From: Phyllobates terribilis
Taxonomy: Eukaryota
Reading direction: 5' to 3'
NCBI RefSeq assembly: GCF_046119375.1
Contig: NW_027362762.1
Span: 58,280,001 to 58,344,000, forward strand
Length of the DNA: 64,000 bases
The notes below the pieces were generated by a model. The model did not search any database. It was not told where the DNA came from and worked only from the letters and a program-made list of their open reading frames with translations. Every line of letters starts with the position of its first letter. Position 1 is the stretch's first letter. Positions 37,921 through 50,300 of this stretch are shown here, one piece after another. The position numbers were made by a program, and so were the translations under genes.

Positions 37921-40900
37921 GATATCCCCATATCTCTTCATCTAGCACACCAAATAAGTATACTAATGGATTAAGAGGAACAGGAGTAGATATAAGGGAG
38001 GTTAACAACGAGGTTACCTCTTTCCAAAAGGATAGGATAACTGGACATATCCACACCATATGTATAAAATCCGCATCCATTGTATGGCATCTTAAGCATT
38101 CTGAAGTTTGAGACCGTCCCATTCTGAATAACCGTAACGGGTCAGGTATGATTGGTGTACTATATATAATTGGGTCATTTTTTTATTTGCCGATGGGGAC
38201 ACCTTGGTTGGAGATTCAAGAATCTCCTCCCAATCTTCATCTTGGATATCAGGAACGAGGAGTTTCCATTTTTCTCTTACTGTCAATAAAGTAGAATCAG
38301 TACTCACGGACAACATGTATGTATATAAAGTGGAAATAAGATGAAATAAATGAGCTGTAGTTAGCGAAAAAATTGGGGCCTAGGGATTCTGTATTTAGTT
38401 TGTACTTGTTCAAAGGACATTAGGACAGCGTGAGCATATAAATCTTTAACCAAAAAAACATTATGTGAGATCCAGAATTGAGTGGACGGGTGGTTTAGTA
38501 GCTCTGGGAAGTAAGTATTATTCCATAATGGCATTTCAGCTATGATGTCATCAAAATGAATCACTTTTTTAATTTGTCTCCAGACTGATCGTGCCAATCG
38601 GCGTAAGGGTAATAATCTAGGGGTATTAGGTTTATCTGTTTCTAAAAAACCCAACAGGCTATCAACTTTTGCAGCATGGGCCAAATGGCTCTCCGAATTA
38701 GGTAGGTAATTATTGGGCATACACTTACTCAAAGCTTTGATTTGCCCAGCCAAATAATACAAAAAGAAATCCGGCAGTGCTGCTCCTCCCATTTGTTTAG
38801 ATCTATGTAAGGTGGACAATTTAAGTTTGGGTCTAGTCTTCCCCCATATAAAGGACGAGATTAATGAATTTAGGTTTGAGAAGAAAGATTTAGGAATCGA
38901 TACTGCATTATGATGGAGGGAATAACTGAGCTTTGGAAGTAGAATCATTTTAATCAGGTCTATACGTCCTGAGACCGATAACGGTAATTTACTCCAAATG
39001 GCAAATTTAAGCTTGGCGAGTTCTAACAACGGGAGAATATTAAATTGTAAATCGAGTCTGCTGTGTTTTGATCTATTTATTCCTAGATATTTAAAATTAG
39101 ATACAATAGGCAGTGGGGATAACGTTTCAAGGTGATCCATTGGATCCTGGGAAAGAGGCATCAAAGCGGATTTATCCCAGTTTATGTATAATCCCCAATA
39201 TTTACTACATTTGTCTATAGTGGTAATCACATGTGGTAATGTTTCTTCTACTTTATCCATAAATATCACCATGTTGTCAGCATATTAGCCAATAGTGTCT
39301 AAACGGTCTGCTATAGTTATACCCATAATGGCTGGAGTGGATCTTATACGTATCGCTAGTGCTTCAATTGCAAGAGCAAAGAGGGCAGGGGAGAGGGGAC
39401 ATTCCTTGACGTGTTCTTCTTGCCAAAGAGAACGACCCCGATATAGAATTGTTTATAATTATTCGGGCTTTTGGTTTCATATATATTGCGCAAATCCACT
39501 TCCGAAATTTAGGACCGAATTCATATTTTTGTAAACATGCTGATAAAAAGGACCACTCAATGGAATCGAAGGCCTTAGCTGCATCCAGCGAGGCCAGGGC
39601 CCATTTATTATCTGGCACCAGAACTGTACTGAACTACTGAGTGAACGCTCTTGATGTTAATAGATGTATTCTTCCCGGGCATAAAACATGTCTCGTCTAG
39701 GTGTATTATTTCAAGTATCACCGAATTTAGTCTAGTGGCCAGGATTTTAGTGAAAATGTTGTAATCCACATTTACTAACGATATGGGGCGGTATGAACCA
39801 CATTCGAGGGGATCTTTCTGTTCTTTCTTAAGTATTATTATATTTGCTTCATAAAAGGAGTCTGGTAAAGAACCTTCCTCCCAGGTCCTCTGAAACACTT
39901 TTAGAAGGAGTGGTGCCAAAATATCCAGATATTTCCTATACATTTCTATAGGAAATCCATCTGGCCCAGGTGTCTTCCCTGAAGCCATATCCACTATAGC
40001 TCTATTTATCTCCTCTATAGTAAAATCAGCGTCCAGAAAGGCTTGTTGAGTGGGGCTTAACGTGGGAAACTTTATGTCTTATAAATATTCCAGCCATTCT
40101 AAGGTGTTGAAAACACCTTTGGAGCTATATAGTGTTTTATAGTAATCATGAAAACATTGGAGTAGGTCATCTGTTGAGGTTACTATTGAGTTATCCGGTT
40201 TTCGAATTTGTATGGTATGGTATTAGATGTGTTATGCTGGCGTACTATAAATGCCAGTAGTTTACTGGACTGGATCCCTAATTCAAAATATGACTGGGGG
40301 TAAAGAATAATTTACGCTTAGATTTGTTGTCCATATATTGGGTATATAACCTATAGGAGTTCAGCCACTCAATTCTATTTTCATTTGTTTGATTAGTTAT
40401 ATAAGTTGTTTCCGAATCCCTCAGTTGTTTTTCGATTTCATCATCCTCCTTTGATGTCACCCGTTTAATATAAGATATTGTAGAAGATAAACATCCTCTT
40501 AAATACGCTTTAAGGGCATCCCAGAACTAGTTAATATTTCGGGGTTCAGGGTGAGATGAAATGAAACAATCCAACTGATCTAGAGTTGGAGCCTATCAAT
40601 TTCAGCCAGAATGGGTTTAGCGTTTAAAATAAATTATTTGTTTGGCCAAACCTGAGTTTAAGTATTACCGGACTATGATCTGAAATACCCCCGTTACCAT
40701 GTTCCACATCCCCCACCCACATTGCCAAGTTACTGTATCCAAATATATAGTCTATACGGGATAAAGTGCATCTAGTGGACGAGTGGCAAGTATATTCTCT
40801 CACATCAGGATGACGTACCCTCCACAGATCCAACCAGCCATTCCCTTCCATGAACATTGATAACTGGGATGAAGAGGTCACCCAGGAGACTCCGTCATCC

Positions 40901-41458
40901 AATCTGAGTATCAAGACCGTTGTCCATGACAAGGTTAAAATCTCCCATGCATATAACGTGCATCCGGATAATTTAGGGCAAAGCTTACCGCCTTCTTAAG
41001 AACTGTCATATTAGCTGGGGGACGGGTTATAGATACACATTATGATGTAATCTTTCTGATTTACCGATGCATGCACAAAAATAAAGGGTCCCTCAGGGTC
41101 TCTCCGAGCCTCTTTGACCTCCCATCTAACATCTTTGTGTATTAACAAGGACACCCCTCTACAGTAACTGGTGTGAAATGCATGTATGGACCATTGCACC
41201 CATGGTTTCTGCACATAGCGAGCCGAATCTCTGGTCAGGTGTGTTTCAACCAAAGCTACAATGATGATGATGCTTAATCTGGGGGAAAAAAAACGTAATT
41301 CTGTTTCAAGGAGATTTGAGACCCCTCACATTCCAGGTCATACATATAATTTCAGATCCCATGTTCCCCTATCCAGATATGATGTACATTGTCACACAGG
41401 TTAAATTTTGCAAGCAACTTAATTGGTGTCTTGGCAGCAGTATCTATATAAACATTAA

Positions 41459-41810
41459 AGGGGTATTCCCATCTCCAAGATCCCATCCCATTATGTAGTA
41501 GGTGTAATAATAGTAATATTAGCAAATGCCTCCAATTAAAAATGTATAGTATTTTTGATTCGCTATGCCACTTTCCTCATATGCAGACATTGCAGGAGCT
41601 TAGGTATCCACGATTACGTCCACTGATAAAATTACAGTTAGCTAGCTGCTAGTGGTCGTAACCATGGATCCCTAAGGTCCTGCGATGCCTGCACATGAGA
41701 TAAGAGAGATAGCGAATCAAAAATACTATACTACATTTCTAATTGGAGATATTTGCTAATATTATTATTACACCTACTACATATTGGGATAGGATCTTGG
41801 GAATACCCCT
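41459..41810. mobile_element. Kolobok/T2-type MITE in the L1 inter-ORF spacer
   Basis: TTAA TSD at 41455-41458 and 41811-41814. TIR AGGGGTATTCCCA. Confidence 0.85.
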
Positions 41811-44800
41811 TTAACTATCAAAACTAAAGCAAGAAAGAACAAAATAAAGTTCAAGAAGGAGCACAATTTCATGCTCCTGTCGTATTCCAAAAAGAGGGTA
41901 CCTTCACTGAACACAATGTCCGATTTGTTGTTACATTGGACGCTGGCGGTAAGAGCTCCTATCATTACAAATATTGAGAGAGTTCCATTTCCTATGCACA
42001 CATATAGGGATGGCGGAAAACAAATCAGGGCTACTTTCTGTTTGCTCCTGTGTGGGACCGCAGCCATTCCACGGCCTCTGCTGGGGTTGTAAAAAATATG
42101 GAGGAACCCTCAAACAATTCGGAGTCGAGCTGGGTAGGTCATTGAATACAGAATATTCCTTTCTTTGAGTTGTTTCTTGACCTCCATGAATTGAGCCTGC
42201 TGTTTCTGAAGCTCCATAGAGAAATCCGGGAATATTGATATTGTGGCATTGTTGAATTTAATGGGACTTTTTTGCCGTGCCATACGGAGAATAGTGTCCA
42301 TGTCCCTGCAATTTAAAAATAGAAAGAAAAGGTCGCGGTGGAGTGCCCGGGGGGAGAGGTCTTGCGGGGACCCTATGAGCCTTTCCACAGCAAATGTTGG
42401 AAAGAACTGATACCCTAAAGTGTCCTTGAGACAGCTTTCCAAGAATTGCTCAGGTCGCTGACCTTCCAAGCGTTCTGGTAATCCAATGATTCGGATATTA
42501 TTCCGGCGCATTCTATTCTCCAAGTCATCCGCCTTCTGCCTCCAGGCATTTATGGAACCAGCCACCTTCGTCAATTTAGTCTCCATAGGTGCAAGGTTAT
42601 CATCCAGGTGGGACACTCTTGATTCGACTTCAGTGATGTGCCCCCCCATGGCTTGCATATCCTGTCGGAGACATCTCACTTCAGAATGCACCTCCTCTAT
42701 TTTCCCAGTCAGGGATGTCCTAGTTAAAGATATGGCTTGCATTAATTGTTAATATGCCTGTCTTAAGAGTTAAATCTTCTTGATCTCCAACTTCTTCACT
42801 GTCAGAAGCGCGATTTTTACGTTGGTCTGCAGCTTTAACATTTAATGGGTTATTTCTAAGAGATCGTGAGTTGTCTGGGGGTCAGTTCTTGCAAACTCTT
42901 TTAGCTTTTCAGCTACCCCCGAACTCTTTGAGTGACTCATAGTTAACGTTTATGAGAAACAGCAAAATGGTTAGGTATATTCTCTTCTTCCCTTGCTCCC
43001 AACTGAAGTAGTACTTTTATGAGATGTAAGTACAGTTTTCCTGGTTTACTAATAATGTGAAGCAGTACAGACAGTCTTAAGCAGAGTAATAGAGCAACTT
43101 GAAAAAACTGGCATGGATTTCAGCAATGTAGAGAGAGTCAATATGGTCGGGTTAGTGAGCTTTATGACTAGCCCAGTCTGCTAGTCATAAAGTCAGATCT
43201 TTTTGCAGATATGATATGTTGCACTGTCAGCAGGCTGCTGCGTCATCTATGGCTCCAGCCTCAGGGGACTGGGGAGATGAAAGTACAGAGATAGACTCCA
43301 GCAAGTAGTCTAATATACTGCCCTGCCAGGAAATTGTTATACCAATTATGACCCCAGCCTCTGAGCGGTGAATGCAAAGTATAAGAGTCCTGTCAGCAGA
43401 CTGCCGTAGCAACCGCGGCCCCAGTTCTGAGCTACGGAGGTGATAGTGAAAGCACTAGTACAAGTACAATGGCGGGCGCTAGCATGCAGTCTATGTCATT
43501 AATGAGGGAGCGCGGGGCTCATTTTTCAGAGCTCACACTGTGTTTTCCTTCCTGTATACCTCTGTGAGTCCGGTGTGCCATCCAGCTAGCCACTCCTGAG
43601 GTGGATTCTTCCTTGCTGTGCCTCCAACTGCTGAAGCACGCAGCAGCAAATGGCCGCCATCCTCTGCTGTCTCTGTCTTCCGCTTGGATTCTCCTGGATC
43701 TGATCCGACCGGAACCGCACACCGCACCTCCTCAGGAGCCAGGGGTCCACAGTATCACCGGTGTGAGTCCTTTTTGGATAATATAAATGCAGGAACTGGG
43801 TCAGGATTATGAGAGCTCTGCCTAGACACGTCCTCTCTGCTCCACTACATCGCCACGCCCCCCCCCCACAGAACTGATAACTCTTGATTTTACAGGTGCT
43901 GAAGTGGTGTGAGGTTTGATAATGGACCCAGTGGAATACAGAGCAGTTATCACGCTCCTTTACTTGATAGGCTGCACAACAAAGGAGACATTTGACGAGA
44001 TGAAAGGTTTATGGTTATGATTCCCCATCATATGATGTAGTCAAGAAAAGGCATCGGCAATTGAAATGTGGTCGGACTTCGGTGCAAACAGCTCCAATTC
44101 CAGGGCGAACCCACTCTGCTATTGATGAACACACCATCCAGCAAGTGGAGGTCACCATTTTGGAAAATTGCTGTGTAACCATTCGCCACCTAGCCCAAAA
44201 TGTCAAGACTAGTGTGGGGTCTGTGGAAAAAAATCATCCAAGACCATCTTCACATGTATAAAGTATGCGCTCGCTGGGTTCCCCGGCTGCTCACACCTTT
44301 CCAGAAGCAGGAACGAGTCGAATGCTCTCAGGCTCAATTGACGATGTGCCCTGGAAAACCTGGACGACTTTTTCAACAGACTGATCACACAGGATGAAAG
44401 CTGGGTCCATCACGATGATCCTGAGACTAAAGTCCAGTCGATGCAATGGAAGCATCATGACTCACCTTCCAAAGAAGGCACGTGCCTAACCCTCGGCAGG
44501 CAAGGTCATACTCACAGTATTTTGGGACCAGCACGGAGTAATATTGATGGATTTTCTAGCAAAGGGTACCATGATCACTGGGGCATACTATGCTTCACTG
44601 CTGCGGAAATTGCGGGAGGCCATCAAAACCAAGAGACGTGGCATGCTCACCAAAGGTGTCCACCTTCTGCAAGACAATGCACCAGTTCACAACTCACATG
44701 TTGCCCAAATGGAAGCATGCTCCTGTGGCTTTGAAATTCTACCGCATCTCCCTTATTCACCCGACCTTGCACCACAACTTCCACCTCTTTCCAAAAATTG

Positions 44801-45573
44801 TTATTTTTGAAGGGCAAGCATTTTCCAGATGATGAGACACTGATTTCCGAAGTCACAATGTGGCTTTTGGAACAACCTGTCGACTTCTACAAGCGAGGTG
44901 TTTACAGTTTCTTAAAGAGATGGGAGAATTGTGTGTCCCTAGGTGGCACCTACGTAGAGAACTGTCCACAGGAAGTGGGTCAGGGGAAATCTTTAATGAA
45001 CGCCCCTCGTACGTCCAAAGGAAGCGATAGTTAAGTGGCCCATGATTGCTTCCTAGGAGATGAGTATAAGGCTATGTTTGCATGTTGAGGTTTTTTTGCT
45101 GCATTTTTTTCCCACACCAAAAATGCAGCATTTTGCTCTACCAGAAAAGTGAATGAAATTTCTCAAATCTCATGCAGCTGTTTTCGTTACAGATTTGAAG
45201 CAGCTTCATATCTACATGATGTCATTTTTTCAGAATTTCTCACCCAAAAAGTGAGAAATTTTTTTTTCTTCTCAACACTCCAGAAAATCTGCTGCAAATA
45301 ATGAACGTGTGCACATACCCTGAGATGTTTTTATTCTACGTGTAAGAATTCTGTAATTATGAAGGGGTTGTTCGAGTAGTAGCAGTCACTGCATTGCACA
45401 GGGCAATGGAGGAAGAAGGCGATGATAGTCGTGGAAGTGGAGACAGGCGATAGACATGGCGGTTTTGTTTATTTTTTTTACTTTTACTTTATGAAAAGGG
45501 CTACTAAAGAGGACATTATGAGGACATTATAAGTGCATGAGGACCAGAATTGGGGGACATTTTAAGTATATAT

Positions 45574-45842
45574 GGGCAGCACAGTGGCTCAGTGGATAGC
45601 ACTGCAGCCTGGCAGCGCTGGGGTCCTGGGTTCAAATCCCACCAAGGACAACATCTGCAAGGAGTTTGTATGTTATCCCCGTGTTTGAGTGGGTTTCCTC
45701 CAGGTTCTCCGGTTTCCTCCCACACTCCAAAGACATACTGATAGGGAATCTAGATTGTGAGCCCCAATGGGGACAGTGCCTATAAAGTCTGTAAAGCACT
45801 GTAGAATTAATGACGCTATATAAGTGAGTAAAATAAATAAAT
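45574..45842 (+). mobile_element. tRNA-derived SINE (V-SINE-like)
   Basis: Pol III A box TGGCTCAGTGG (45585-45595) and B box GGTTCAAATCC (45629-45639). Core GTGGGTTTCCTCC...GGTTTCCTCCCACACTCCAAAGACAT. L2-like tail ending in (AAAT)n. Confidence 0.85.
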
Positions 45843-46653
45843 ATATGAGGGACATTATTAGTGTATGTGGCACAGTGGGAAAAATTATTACTGTATGGGT
45901 TCATAGTGGGAGACACTATTAATGTAAAGAGCCACAATGGAGGACATTATTAATGTATGGGACGACAGAGCAGGGTATTAATATCTTCCATTGTGGACTT
46001 ATACATTATTAATGTCTCATTGTGACCCATAGTTTTTGTTTTTAATGTCACAAATTGTAGCCTCATACCTTGAGAGGGCCAAAATGGGTGATGTTACTTT
46101 AAAGTAGCCGAGAGCGGTAGCCTTGGCAGAGCTGCTGCTCTATAACGCCCTGGCACTTTACAGGAAAGCAGTGTACCAGTCTTCCGTCATGTGGGGGGTG
46201 CATCATACTCACTTGTAGGCCACATGCCTCCATCTTCAGGAACCACCGCACCCAACTCCGGGTTCACCAAGTTCATTTTAACAAGCAAAACATTACTGGA
46301 CAGTCTTAGTTCATCAGATTGTAACATGTGAGATAAGTGTTGTGCCCTATTTCCTTAGCACACAAGGAACATCTTCAGCCCAACCATCCTTTCCTCCTGG
46401 ACTATCCCCATGCCCACTGACTCTGTGAACTCCAGGGATTTTCTATCCAGTTTTGCGTCCCTTTTCCCCTTGTCCTCTGGCGCACAAGAGGTGCCCTTTA
46501 GCCCCTATACTGCCGGGCCTTGAACGCCTAACGTAGCCGGTTTTTCCTGAACCCATGACAGCACACCTTGAGAGAGAGGGATCCGCCCCACCAAGGACAG
46601 GAAACAGTCTGAAATAAGAGGGCGGTACCTCTCCCTCGCTTCAGTTGGATTAC

Positions 46654-46803
46654 NNNNNNNNNNNNNNNNNNNNNNNNNNNNNNNNNNNNNNNNNNNNNNN
46701 NNNNNNNNNNNNNNNNNNNNNNNNNNNNNNNNNNNNNNNNNNNNNNNNNNNNNNNNNNNNNNNNNNNNNNNNNNNNNNNNNNNNNNNNNNNNNNNNNNNN
46801 NNN
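46654..46803. other. Assembly gap (150 N)
   Basis: Run of N. Confidence 1.
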
Positions 46804-47336
46804 TTCTAACGCATCGGGTATTCTAGAACATGTGTGCCGCCGGCCACGGCCAATCAGCAGAGCGGTGTTTAAATTTGGCACCAATATCGCCGATTGGCCG
46901 TGCCCAATCAGCGAACCGTGTTAGTGAGGACCGGGCAGCGGCGCTGGCTGTGCGGGTACTTCCGCTGCAAGCAGCCGGGAGATGGGCGGCTGCTAGCAGC
47001 CGAAGTATCCCGACCGGCGGCGGCGCTCCCCGGTCCTCTTTTCACACTTGCCGTCGGGAGATCAGCGAGCCAAGCCGCTGATCTCCCGACGGTAGCCGCA
47101 TGGAGGTCAGCGGCGCCGCCGGTCGGGGTACTTGTGCTGCCAGCAGCCGGGAGATGAGCGGCTAGCGCCGCTCATCTCCCGGCTGCATCGCCGCTGACCT
47201 CTGCATAGCAGATGAGCCGCTAACAGCCGCCATCTTTTTTCTGAAATCCCGCGTCACTGATTTGCCGCGGCCGGACCAATCAGCAACGCGGGATTTCCTG
47301 GACAGACAGACAGACGGGATAAGACGATTATATATG
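46804..47336. repeat. Unclassified GC-rich interspersed repeat (possibly a non-autonomous Helitron-like element) inside the DIRS 3' region
   Basis: No similarity to DIRS domains. Internal inverted repeats and three CCAATCAGC motifs. Left end is hidden by the gap. Confidence 0.4.
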
Positions 47337-50300
47337 TTTTCCCCTCACCCATGACAGCACACCTTGAGAGAATTTTGGAGAATATGAGCACCCTAGCGGG
47401 GGACCACCGCCTGAAGTACCCTTCTCCCAAAGGTGAGGTCAGAGGAGGATATATCCAACCTATAGTGCTTGTAGAAGGTGGATGGTGCAGACCAAGTAGC
47501 AGCTTTACATATCTGGTCAATTGAGACGTCTGCTCTCTGCCCAGGAGGTTGCGACAGCTCTGGTGGGATGAGCCTTAATACCGTCCGGTGCCGGAACACC
47601 TGTACATATGTAAGCTAGACAAATGGCCTCCCTAAGCCACCTAGAAATAGTTCCCTTTGACACCCTGTGACCTTTCCTACTCCCCTGAAAGGTCAGAAAC
47701 AAGGAGCGGTCCTTCCTCCACTGACTAGTCATGTCTATGTACTGTAGTAAAGTCCTTCTAACATCTAGATTGTGGAACCTAACCTCCCCAGGATTTTTTG
47801 GGTTACTGCAGAATGAGGGAAGCACAATCTCTTGATTACAGTGGAATCTGGAAACTACTTTCGGAAGGTATGCTGGATCTGTACGTAGGACGACCCGGTC
47901 ATCATGAATTTGGGTGTATGGGGGATCAACAGAAAGGGCCTGCAGGTTATTCACCCTATGGGCCGATGTTAGGGCTACCAGGAGAATGGTTTTGAGGGTG
48001 AGGAACTTTGGAGAGATAACCGGCATGGGTTCAAATGGGTCGCCAGAGAGTGCATTTAAAACCAAATTCTGGTCCCAGGGAGGGACTCAGAGCCTGAACT
48101 GGCTTAGCTTTGGAATCTAGAGACCCACATGTTCCCTGCCAGGTTGCAATTATAGAGCGCCCCTAGGGCGGACACTTGAACTTTAAGTGTTCCCGTAGCT
48201 AACCCCAGGTCGCGTCCCTTCTGTAAAAACTCTAGGACATCTTTAATTGGAGGTTTATCCGACAACATAGTGTCTATAAAATCCAGGAATTTTCCCCAGA
48301 TTCTGCTATAAATCTTATTTGTTATGGGCTTCCTACTACCCAATAGGGTGGAAACTAGGCCTGGTGAAAAACCCCTATTGTTCAGTAACAACGTCTCAAA
48401 TTCCAAGCCGCCAGATGTAAACCTTTGACTTGTGCATGGAACATCGGCCCCTGGATGAGAAGGTCTGGAAGAACCCAGGGATCCGAGAGACATTAGGCGA
48501 AGCAGGGAGAACCAGGGTCTTTTTGACCAAAAGGGGGCTATTAGAATTATCCTTGCCACCTCCTCCAGAATTTTCGTCACAACTGCCGGGATCTTTATTA
48601 TTGGTGGAAAAGCGTAGGCCTTCCTGAACTTTCAGGGTATGTGGAGAGCGTCTACAGCATAGGGATTGTCTGTTGGATCTAGTGAACAGAATCTCTCCAC
48701 CTTCCTGTTTGCCCTGGTGGCGAACAAATCTATATCCGGTGATCCCCATAGCTGGATAATCTGTTGGAAGACTATCGGGTTTAGAGCCCACTCTCCCTGT
48801 CTTAAAGTGTGGCGACTGAGGAAATCTGCTTTTGAATTTTCTACCCCCCGGATGTAAAGAGCACTGAGGGATGGAAGATGCTGTTCTGCTAGTTTCAGGA
48901 TTCTGTCTGCCACTACCATTAGGGAGCGTGATCTTGTTCCTCCATGGTGATTTATATAAGCTACTGTCAGATTGTCGGGTCTGATCTGGACATGGCGACC
49001 CTGTATGTGGGGAAGGAAGCCTATCAGGGATTTCTCCACTGCCAAAAGCCCTTAGGTTCGATGATGTCCCTATCTCGTGACGTAGCCAGAGCCCCTGAAC
49101 CGAGAGATCTAGATGATGCCCCCAGCCGGAGCCACTTGCATCTGTTGTAATTGTATGGTCGACTGGTCTGGACCACTGCAAGCCTGAGGTCAGATTTTCC
49201 CTGTTTGTGCACCATGAGAGGGAGTCTACCGTCTCCAAGGAAAGAGATAGTCTTTTTTCTAAATGTCTGTTGAAGGATTTTTGCGCTGACAGGACCTACC
49301 ACTGAAGAAGCCTCATATGACCTTGGGCCCATTTGACTGCCAGGAGACAGGATGTCAAGGAGCCCAGTAGGGACATTGCTCCTCTCAGGGACATGACTGG
49401 AGACTTTATGGCCCTTGAGACCAGGCTGATTATTTTGCAAACCTTGTCTTCCGGGAGGAAGCAGGCTTGGAGTTGGGAATTTAGGGTCAAGCCAGAAAGA
49501 TCCTTGAGGGGGATAGTTTGGATTTTTGAATATTTAGCAACCATCCTAGTTGGTGTAAGGCTGTCCTGACCTCTAAAAGTTGAGAGGAACAGTGGTCCTC
49601 TGATTTCCCTATTACCAGAAAGTCGTCCAGGTAGGGAGCGATCACCACGTTTTTGATTCGGAGAAAAGCTGTCACCTCCACTATAACCTTTGTAAACACT
49701 CTCGGTGCTATTGAGAGGGCAGTAAACTGGAAAAGTCTCAATTCCCCTTGGATGAATAGGGCTACCCTTCGGTACTTCTAGTAGTCTGGATGGATTGGGA
49801 CGTGATAATAGGCATCTTTTAAGTCGATAACTGCCATGAAACAATTGTGGTGTAGGAGTTTTACTGTCGACTTCACTGATTCCATTTTGAAAGTTTGGTT
49901 CTCTACCAGCTGATTTAGACTTTTGAGGTTGATAATGGTCCTTAAGGACCCATTTGTTTTTTTTTAATCACAAATAGGGAGGAATAAAATCACTTTCCCT
50001 ATTGTTTAGAACATGGAACTTCGTGAAGGACCTGCTTGTTGACTAAATCTAGCACCTCCGACTCTAGTGCTATCTGCTCCTCCATGGACTTCCTCCTGGA
50101 GGTGATCATGAAGGTTCGGTGGGGGACTTGACTGAAGCGTATCTTTAGGCCATTCTTTATGATACTCAACACCCAGGGATTTGAAGTAATGGCTTCCCAA
50201 GCTGGGATAAAATGGGAAAGCCTTACCCTGACCTCTAGCCCTGCATCATTGGGGAGATTTTTTGGTACTGGAGGATGGCCCCCCAAACATGTAACCAGTC

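Larger units (their letters stand above)
37120..43868 (-). mobile_element. Full-length L1-clade LINE (5' UTR, ORF1, ORF2 EN/RT, polyA), decayed
   Basis: 17-bp TSD CAGAACTGATAACTCTT (37103-37119 and 43869-43885). G-rich 5' end. ORF1 DDLENRMRRNNIRIIGLPE...IFPDFS. EN TWNVRGL, GDFN, SDH. RT GKTPGPDGF, SYRPISL, DAAKAFD, YADN. AATAAA and A-tail at the 3' end. Confidence 0.93.
36990..45009 (+). mobile_element. Decayed mariner (irritans/Hsmar2-like), about 1.25 kb, split by a full-length L1; transposase remnant about 43922-44960
   Basis: TA flanks. 39-bp TIR CGAGGGGC[A/G]TTCATTAAAGATTTCCCCTGACCCACTTC. Motifs ARWVPRLL, ITQDESWVHH, LLQDNAPVH, YSPDLAP. Frameshifted. Confidence 0.88.

Noticed and set aside
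45574-45650. tRNA gene
   Set aside because: A and B boxes are present, but the sequence continues into a SINE core and tail with no acceptor stem or T-run terminator.
46528-46884. ORF spanning the N run
   Set aside because: Artefact of the assembly gap.
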